Below are positions 53,201 to 64,000 of a stretch of 64,000 nt of DNA, in pieces. The position numbers were made by a program, and so were the translations under genes. The notes under the pieces were generated by a model. That model did not search any database. It had not been told where the DNA came from and saw only the letters and a program-made list of their open reading frames with translations. Origin of the DNA: Eledone cirrhosa (Eukaryota); the NCBI GenBank assembly GCA_964016885.1, contig OZ024741.1:341930001-341994000 (forward strand), read 5' to 3'. Within the stretch, counting starts at the first letter, position 1, and every line of letters begins with the position of its first letter.

Positions 53201-56200
53201 TATCACCAACACTATCACCTTGCAGAATAGACTGGGAACATTGTGGTCATATCACCAACACTATCACCTTACAGGGTAGACTGGGAACATAAGGGTCATA
53301 TCACCAACACTATCACCTTACAGGGTAGACTGGGAACATAAGGGTCATATCACCAACACTATCACCTTACAGGATAGACTGGGAACATTGTGGTCATATC
53401 ACCAACACTATCACCTTACAGGGTAGACTGGGAACATAAGGGTCATATCACCAACACTATCACCTTACAGGATAAACTGGGAACATAAGGGTCATATCAC
53501 CAACACTATCACCTTATAGAATAGACTGGGAACATAAGTGTCATATCACCAATGCTATCACCTTACAAGTTAGACTGTGTACATTGGGGTCATATCACCA
53601 ACACTATCACATTACAGGGTACACTGGGAACATAAGGGTCATATCACCAACACTATCACCTTACAGGATACACTGGGAACATTGTGTTCACATCACCAAC
53701 ACTATCACCTTACAGGATAGACTGGGAACATTGTGGGCATATCACGAACACTATCACCTTACAGGGTAGACTGGGAACATTGTGGTCATATCACCAACAC
53801 TATCAGCTTACAGGGTAGACTGGGAACATTGTGTTCATATCACCAACACTATCACCTTACATGGTAGACTGGGAACATTGTGGTCATATCAACAACACTA
53901 TCACCTTACGGGGTAGACTGGGAACATTGTGGTCATATCAACAACACTATCACCTTACGGGGTAGACTGGGAACATTGTGGTCATATCAACAACACTATC
54001 ACCTTACAGGATAGACTAGGAACATTGTGGTCGTATAACCAACACTATCACCTTTCGTGGTAGACTGGGATCATAAGGGGCATATCACCAACACTATCAC
54101 CTTACAGGGTAGACTGGGAACATTGTGTTCATATCACCAACACTATCACCTTACAGGGTAGACTGGGAACATTGTGGTCGTATAACCAACACTACCACCT
54201 TACAGGGTAGACTGGGATCATAAGGGGCATATCACCAACACTTTCACCTTACAGGGTAGACTGGGATCATAAGGGGCATATCACCAATGCTATCAACTTA
54301 CAGGATAGACTGGGAACATTGTGCTCATATCACCAACACTATCACCTTACATGGTAGACTGGGAACATTGTGGCATATCACCAACGCTATCACCTTACAG
54401 GGTAGACTGGGAACATTGTGTTCATATCACCAACACTATCACCTTACAGGGTAGACTGGGAACATTGTGGTCGTATCACCAACACTATCACCTTACATGG
54501 TAGACTGGGAACATTGTGGCATATCACCAACAATATCACCTTACAGGGTAGACTGGGAAGATTGTGGCCATATCACCAACACTATCACCTTACATGGTAG
54601 ACTGCGAACATTGTGGCCATATCACCAACACTATCACCTTACAGGGTAGACTGGGAACATTGTGGTCATATCACCAACAATATCACCTTACAGGGTAGAC
54701 TGGGAACATAAGGGTCATATCACCAACACTATCACCTTACAGAGTAGACTGGGAACATTGTGGTCATATCACCTACACTATCACCTTACAGGGTAGACTG
54801 GGATCATTGTGGTCATATCACCAACACTATCACCTTACAGAGTAGACTGGGAACATCGTGGTCATATCACCAACACTATCACCTTACAGTGTAGACTGGG
54901 AACATTGTGGTCATATCACCAACACTATCACCTTACAGAGTAGACTGGGAACATTGTGGTCATATCACCAACACTATCACCTTACAGGGTAGACTGGGAA
55001 CATTGTGCTCATATCACCAATACTATTAGTTTACAGGGTACACTGGGAACATTGTGGTCATATCACCAACACTATCACCTTACAGGGTAGACTGGGAACA
55101 TTGTGGTCATATCACCAACACTATCACCTTACAGAGTAGACTGGGAACATTGTGGTCATATCACCAACACTATTAGTTTACAGGGTACACCGGAAACATT
55201 GTGGTCATATCACCATCACTATCACCTTACAGGGTAGACTGGGAACATTGTGGTCATATCACCAACACTATTAGTTTACAGGGTAGACTGGGAACATTGT
55301 GGTCATATCACCAACACTATCACCTTACAGGGTAGACTGGGAACATTGTGGTCATATCACCAACACTATCAGCTTACAGGGTCGACTGGGAACATTGTGT
55401 TCATATCACCAACACTATCACCTTACAGGGTAGACTGGGAACATTGTCGTCATATCACCAACACTATCACCTTACAGGGTAGACTGGGAACATAAGGGTC
55501 ACATCACCAATTCTATCAACTTACAGGGTAGACTGGGAACATTGTGGTCATATCACCAACACTATCACCTTACGGGGTAGACTGGGAACATTGTGGTCAT
55601 ATCAACAACACTATCACCTTACAGGATAGACTAGGAACATTGTGGTCGTATAACCAACACTATCACCTTACAGGGTAGACTGGGAACATAAGGGTCATAT
55701 CACCAACACTATCACCTTACGTGGTAGACTGGGATCATAAGGGGCATATCACCAACACTATCACCTTACAGGGTAGACTGGGAACATTGTGGTCGTATAA
55801 CCAACACTACCACCTTACAGGGTAGACTGGGAACATAAGGGTCATATCACCAACACTATCACCTTACATGGTAGACTGGGATCATAAGGGGCATATCACC
55901 AACACTTTCACCTTACAGGGTAGACTGGGATCATAAGGGGCATATCACCAATGCTATCAACTTACAGGATAGACTGGGAACATTGTGTTCATATCACCAA
56001 CACTATCACCTTACATGGTAGACTGGGAACATTGTGGCATATCACCTACACTATCACCTTACATGGTAGACTGGGAACATTGTGGCATATCACCAACGCT
56101 ATCACCTTACAGGGTAGACTGGGAACATTGTGTTCATATCACCAACACTATCACCTTACAGGGTAGACTGGGAACATTGTGGTCGTATCACCAACACTAT

Positions 56201-59200
56201 CACCTTACATGGTAGACTGGGAACATTGTGGCATATCACCAACAATATCACCTTACAGGGTAGACTGGGAACATTGTGGCCATATCACCAACACTATCAC
56301 CTTACTTGGTAGACTGCGAACATTGTGGCCATATCACCAACACTATCACCTTACAGGGTAGACTGGGAACATTGTGGTCATATCACCAACAATATCACCT
56401 TACAGGGTAGACTGGGAACATAAGGGTCATATCACCAACACTATCACCTTACAGAGTAGACTGGGAACATTGTGGTCATATCACCAACACTATCACCTTA
56501 CAGTGTAGACTGGGAACATTGTGGTCATATCACCAACACTATCACCTTACAGAGTAGACTGGGAACATTGTGGTCATATCACCAACACTATCACCTTACA
56601 GAGTAGACTGGGAACATTGTGGTCATATCACCAACACTATCACCTTACAGAGTAGACTGGGAACATTGTGGTCATATCACCAACACTATCACCTTACTGG
56701 GTAGACTGGGAACATTGTGTTCATATCACCAACACTATCACCTTACAGGGTAGACTGGGAACATTGTGCTCATATCACCAATACTATTAGTTTACAGGGT
56801 ACACTGGGAACATTGTGGTCATATCACCAACACTATCACCTTACAGGGTAGACTGGGAACATTGTGGTCATATCACCAACACTATCACCTTACAGAGTAG
56901 ACTGGGAACATTTTGGTCATATCACCAACACTACTAGTTTACAGGGTACACTGGAAACATTGTGGTCATATCACCATCACTATCACCTTACAGGGTAGAC
57001 TGGGAACATTGTGGTCATATCACCAACACTATTAGTTTACAGGGTAGACTGGGAACATTGTGGTCATATCACCAACACTATCACCTTACAGGGTAGACTG
57101 GGAACATTGTGGTCATATCACCAACACTATCAGCTTACAGGGTAGACTGGGAACATTGTGTTCATATCACCAACACTATCACCTTACAGGGTAGACTGGG
57201 AACATTGTCGTCATATCACCAACACTATCACCTTACAGGGTAGACTGGGAACATAAGGGTCACATCACCAATTCTATCAACTTACAGGGTAGACTGGGAA
57301 CATTGTGGCATATCACCAACGCTATCACCTTACAGGGTAGACTGGGAACATTGTGTTCATATCACCAACACTATCACCTTACAGGGTAGACTGGGAACAT
57401 TGTGGTCGTATCACCAACACTATCACCTTACATGGTAGACTGGGAACATTGTGGCATATCACCAACAATATCACCTTACAGGGTAGACTGGGAACATTGT
57501 GGCCATATCACCAACACTATCACCTTACAGGGTAGACTGGGAACATTGTGGTCATATCACCAACAATATCACCTTACAGGGTAGACTGGGAACATAAGGG
57601 TCATATCACCAACACTATCACCTTACAGAGTAGACTGGGAACATTGTGGTCATATCACCAACACTATCACCTTACAGTGTAGACTGGGAACATTGTGGTC
57701 ATATCACCAACACTATCACCTTACAGAGTAGACTGGGAACATTGTGGTCATATCACCAACACTATCACCTTACAGAGTAGACTGGGAACATTGTGGTCAT
57801 ATCACCAACACTATCACCTTACAGAGTAGACTGGGAACATTGTGGTCATATCACCAACACTATCACCTTACTGGGTAGACTGGGAACATTGTGTTCATAT
57901 CACCAACACTATCACCTTACAGGGTAGACTGGGAACATTGTGCTCATATCACCAATACTATTAGTTTACAGGGTACACTGGGAACATTGTGGTCATATCA
58001 CCAACACTATCACCTTACAGGGTAGACTGGGAACATTGTGGTCATATCACCAACACTATCACCTTACAGAGTAGACTGGGAACATTTTGGTCATATCACC
58101 AACACTATTAGTTTACAGGGTACACTGGAAACATTGTGGTCATATCACCATCACTATCACCTTACAGGGTAGACTGGGAACATTGTGGTCATATCACCAA
58201 CACTATTAGTTTACAGGGTAGACTGGGAACATTGTGGTCATATCACCAACACTATCACCTTACAGGGTAGACTGGGAACATTGTGGTCATATCACCAACA
58301 CTATCAGCTTACAGGGTAGACTGGGAACATTGTGTTCATATCACCAACACTATCACCTTACAGGGTAGACTGGGAACATTGTCGTCATATCACCAACACT
58401 ATCACCTTACAGGGTAGACTGGGAACATAAGGGTCACATCACCAATTCTATCAACTTACAGGGTAGACTGGGAACATTGTGGTCATATCACCAACACTAT
58501 CACCTTACAGGGTAGACTGGGAACATTGTGGTCATATCACCTACACTATCACCTTACAGGGTAGACTGGGATCATTGTGGTCATATCACCAACACTATCA
58601 CCTTACAGAGTAGACTGGGAACATTGTGGTCATATCACCAACACTATCACCTTACAGTGTAGACTGGGAACATTGTGGTCATGTCACCAACACTATCACC
58701 TTACAGAGTAGACTGGGAACATTGTGGTCATATCACCAACACTATCACCTTACAGTGTAGACTGGGAACATTGTGGTCATGTCACCAACACTATCACCTT
58801 ACAGAGTAGACTGGGAACATTGTGGTCATATCACCAACACTATCACCTTGCAGAATAGACTGGGAACATTGTGGTCATATCACCAACACTATCACCTTAC
58901 AGGTTAGACTGGGAACATAAGGGTCATATCACCAACACTATCACCTTACAGGATAGACTGGGAACATTGTGGTCATATCACCAACACTATCACCTTGCAG
59001 AATAGACTGGGAACATTGTGGTCATATCACCAACACTATCACCTTACAGGGTAGACTGGGAACATAAGGGTCATATCACCAAGACTATCACCTTACATCG
59101 TAGACTGGGAATATTGTGGTCATATCACCAACACTATCACCTTGCAGAATAGACTGGGAACATTGTGGTCATATCACCAACACTATCACCTTACAGGGTA

Positions 59201-62200
59201 GACTGGGAACATAAGGGTCATATCACCAACACTATCACCTTACAGGGTAGACTGGGAACATAAGGGTCATATCACCAACACTATCACCTTACAGGATAGA
59301 CTGGGAACATTGTGGTCATATCACCAACACTATCACCTTACAGGGTAGACTGGGTACATAAGGGTCATATCACCAACACTATCACCTTACAGGATAAACT
59401 GGGAACATAAGGGTCATATCACCAACACTATCACCTTATAGAATAGACTGGGAACATAAGTGTCATATCACCAATGCTATCACCTTACAAGTTAGACTGT
59501 GTACATTGGGGTCATATCACCAACACTATCACATTACAGGGTACACTGGGAACATAAGGGTCATATCACCAACACTATCACCTTACAGGATACACTGGGA
59601 ACATTGTGTTCACATCACCAACACTATCACCTTACAGGATAGACTGGGAACATTGTGGGCATATCACGAACACTATCACCTTACAGGGTAGACTGGGAAC
59701 ATTGTGGTCATATCACCAACACTATCAGCTTACCGGGTAGACTGGGAACATTGTGTTCATATCACCAACACTATCACCTTACATGGTAGACTGGGAACAT
59801 TGTGGTCATATCAACAACACTATCACCTTACGGGGTAGACTGGGAACATTGTGGTCATATCAACAACACTATCACCTTACGGGGTAGACTGGGAACATTG
59901 TGGTCATATCAACAACACTATCACCTTACAGGATAGACTAGGAACATTGTGGTCGTATAACCAACACTATCACCTTTCGTGGTAGACTGGGATCATAAGG
60001 GGCATATCACCAACACTATCACCTTACAGGGTAGACTGGGAACATTGTGTTCATATCACCAACACTATCACCTTACAGGGTAGACTGGGAACATTGTGGT
60101 CGTATAACCAACACTACCACCTTACAGGGTAGACTGGGATCATAAGGGGCATATCACCAACACTTTCACCTTACAGGGTAGACTGGGATCATAAGGGGCA
60201 TATCACCAATGCTATCAACTTACAGGATAGACTGGGAACATTGTGCTCATATCACCAACACTATCACCTTACATGGTAGACTGGGAACATTGTGGCATAT
60301 CACCAACGCTATCACCTTACAGGGTAGACTGGGAACATTGTGGTCGTATCACCAACACTATCACCTTACATGGTAGACTGGGAACATTGTGGCATATCAC
60401 CAACAATATCACCTTACAGGGTAGACTGGGAAGATTGTGGCCATATCACCAACACTATCACCTTACATGGTAGACTGCGAACATTGTGGCCATATCACCA
60501 ACACTATCACCTTACAGGGTAGACTGGGAACATTGTGGTCATATCACCAACAATATCACCTTACAGGGTAGACTGGGAACATAAGGGTCATATCACCAAC
60601 ACTATCACCTTACAGAGTAGACTGGGAACATTGTGGTCATATCACCTACACTATCACCTTACAGGGTAGACTGGGATCATTGTGGTCATATCACCAACAC
60701 TATCACCTTACAGAGTAGACTGGGAACATCGTGGTCATATCACCAACACTATCACCTTACAGTGTAGACTGGGAACATTGTGGTCATATCACCAACACTA
60801 TCACCTTACAGAGTAGACTGGGAACATTGTGGTCATATCACCAACACTATCACCTTACAGGGTAGACTGGGAACATTGTGCTCATATCACCAATACTATT
60901 AGTTTACAGGGTACACTGGGAACATTGTGGTCATATCACCAACACTATCACCTTACAGGGTAGACTGGGAACATTGTGGTCATATCACCAACACTATCAC
61001 CTTACAGAGTAGACTGGGAACATTGTGGTCATATCACCAACACTATTAGTTTACAGGGTACACCGGAAACATTGTGGTCATATCACCATCACTATCACCT
61101 TACAGGGTAGACTGGGAACATTGTGGTCATATCACCAACACTATTAGTTTACAGGGTAGACTGGGAACATTGTGGTCATATCACCAACACTATCACCTTA
61201 CAGGGTAGACTGGGAACATTGTGGTCATATCACCAACACTATCAGCTTACAGGGTCGACTGGGAACATTGTGTTCATATCACCAACACTATCACCTTACA
61301 GGGTAGACTGGGAACATTGTCGTCATATCACCAACACTATCACCTTACAGGGTAGACTGGGAACATAAGGGTCACATCACCAATTCTATCAACTTACAGG
61401 GTAGACTGGGAACATTGTGGTCATATCACCAACACTATCACCTTACGGGGTAGACTGGGAACATTGTGGTCATATCAACAACACTATCACCTTACAGGAT
61501 AGACTAGGAACATTGTGGTCGTATAACCAACACTATCACCTTACAGGGTAGACTGGGAACATAAGGGTCATATCACCAACACTATCACCTTACGTGGTAG
61601 ACTGGGATCATAAGGGGCATATCACCAACACTATCACCTTACAGGGTAGACTGGGAACATTGTGGTCGTATAACCAACACTACCACCTTACAGGGTAGAC
61701 TGGGAACATAAGGGTCATATCACCAACACTATCACCTTACATGGTAGACTGGGATCATAAGGGGCATATCACCAACACTTTCACCTTACAGGGTAGACTG
61801 GGATCATAAGGGGCATATCACCAATGCTATCAACTTACAGGATAGACTGGGAACATTGTGTTCATATCACCAACACTATCACCTTACATGGTAGACTGGG
61901 AACATTGTGGCATATCACCTACACTATCACCTTACATGGTAGACTGGGAACATTGTGGCATATCACCAACGCTATCACCTTACAGGGTAGACTGGGAACA
62001 TTGTGTTCATATCACCAACACTATCACCTTACAGGGTAGACTGGGAACATTGTGGTCGTATCACCAACACTATCACCTTACATGGTAGACTGGGAACATT
62101 GTGGCATATCACCAACAATATCACCTTACAGGGTAGACTGGGAACATTGTGGCCATATCACCAACACTATCACCTTACATGGTAGACTGCGAACATTGTG

Positions 62201-64000
62201 GCCATATCACCAACACTATCACCTTACAGGGTAGACTGGGAACATTGTGGTCATATCACCAACAATATCACCTTACAGGGTAGACTGGGAACATAAGGGT
62301 CATATCACCAACACTATCACCTTACAGAGTAGACTGGGAACATTGTGGTCATATCACCAACACTATCACCTTACAGTGTAGACTGGGAACATTGTGGTCA
62401 TATCACCAACACTATCACCTTACAGAGTAGACTGGGAACATTGTGGTCATATCACCAACACTATCACCTTACAGAGTAGACTGGGAACATTGTGGTCATA
62501 TCACCAACACTATCACCTTACAGAGTAGACTGGGAACATTGTGGTCATATCACCAACACTATCACCTTACTGGGTAGACTGGGAACATTGTGTTCATATC
62601 ACCAACACTATCACCTTACAGGGTAGACTGGGAACATTGTGCTCATATCACCAATACTATTAGTTTACAGGGTACACTGGGAACATTGTGGTCATATCAC
62701 CAACACTATCACCTTACAGGGTAGACTGGGAACATTGTGGTCATATCACCAACACTATCACCTTACAGAGTAGACTGGGAACATTTTGGTCATATCACCA
62801 ACACTATTAGTTTACAGGGTACACTGGAAACATTGTGGTCATATCACCATCACTATCACCTTACAGGGTAGACTGGGAACATTGTGGTCATATCACCAAC
62901 ACTATTAGTTTACAGGGCAGACTGGGAACATTGTGGTCATATCACCAACACTATCACCTTACAGGGTAGACTGGGAACATTGTGGTCATATCACCAACAC
63001 TATCAGCTTACAGGGTAGACTGGGAACATTGTGTTCATATCACCAACACTATCACCTTACAGGGTAGACTGGGAACATTGTCGTCATATCACCAACACTA
63101 TCACCTTACAGGGTAGACTGGGAACATAAGGGTCACATCACCAATTCTATCAACTTACAGGGTAGACTGGGAACATTGTGGCATATCACCAACGCTATCA
63201 CCTTACAGGGTAGACTGGGAACATTGTGTTCATATCACCAACACTATCACCTTACAGGGTAGACTGGGAACATTGTGGTCGTATCACCAACACTATCACC
63301 TTACATGGTAGACTGGGAACATTGTGGCATATCACCAACAATATCACCTTACAGGGTAGACTGGGAACATTGTGGCCATATCAACAACACTATCACCTTA
63401 CAGGGTAGACTGGGAACATTGTGGTCATATCACCAACAATATCACCTTACAGGGTAGACTGGGAACATAAGGGTCATATCACCAACACTATCACCTTACA
63501 GAGTAGACTGGGAACATTGTGGTCATATCACCAACACTATCACCTTACAGTGTAGACTGGGAACATTGTGGTCATATCACCAACACTATCACCTTACAGA
63601 GTAGACTGGGAACATTGTGGTCATATCACCAACACTATCACCTTACAGAGTAGACTGGGAACATTGTGGTCATATCACCAACACTATCACCTTACAGAGT
63701 AGACTGGGAACATTGTGGTCATATCACCAACACTATCACCTTACTGGGTAGACTGGGAACATTGTGTTCATATCACCAACACTATCACCTTACAGGGTAG
63801 ACTGGGAACATTGTGCTCATATCACCAATACTATTAGTTTACAGGGTACACTGGGAACATTGTGGTCATATCACCAACACTATCACCTTACAGGGTAGAC
63901 TGGGAACATTGTGGTCATATCACCAACACTATCACCTTACAGAGTAGACTGGGAACATTTTGGTCATATCACCAACACTATTAGTTTACAGGGTACACTG
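29265..64000. repeat. satellite B: 49-bp tandem array, >=34.7 kb, >=~700 copies, runs off the window
   Basis: Consensus tcaccttacagggtagactgggaacat(tgt/aag)ggtcatatcaccaacacta, with occasional 48-bp and 54-bp monomers. Ordered variant series recur, indicating higher-order structure. Confidence 0.99.

Noticed and set aside
29265-64000. CRISPR-like array or repeat-protein gene (many 60-92 aa ORFs with SPYRVDWEHCGH and HQHYHLTG motifs)
   Set aside because: Units are contiguous with no unique spacers and there are no cas genes. 49 is not a multiple of 3, so frames cycle and hit the tag/taa stops in the monomer. The ORFs exist only where a variant removes a stop.
6361-64000. Satellites A and B being the same family
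   Set aside because: They share only 7-10-bp motifs, in a different arrangement, and I see no colinear alignment of full monomers. B has a traceable SINE origin that A lacks.

Overview
Eukaryotic, essentially non-coding, repeat-saturated DNA. The interspersed repeats resemble families I associate with octopus/cephalopod genomes (from memory, not a database search). About 87% of the window is two head-to-tail satellite arrays. Satellite A has a 46-bp unit, spans ~6361-27070 (~450 copies) and is complete, with decayed edges. Satellite B has a 49-bp unit, runs from ~29265 past the window end (>=~700 copies) and shows nested kb-scale duplications. The first 6.3 kb and the 2.2-kb spacer between the arrays are a mosaic of SINE-like elements, TTAA-ended MITEs, an RTE (Expander/REX3-like) LINE 3' fragment, a CRE-clade endonuclease-region fragment, and micro- and minisatellites. 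Main observation: satellite B is the hyper-amplified internal unit of a (GAT)n-tailed SINE-like element and is still joined to that element's 3' end. Copies of the same element with 1, 2 and ~5 units lie in the same window. No intact protein-coding gene is supported; nearly all listed ORFs are repeat artefacts.
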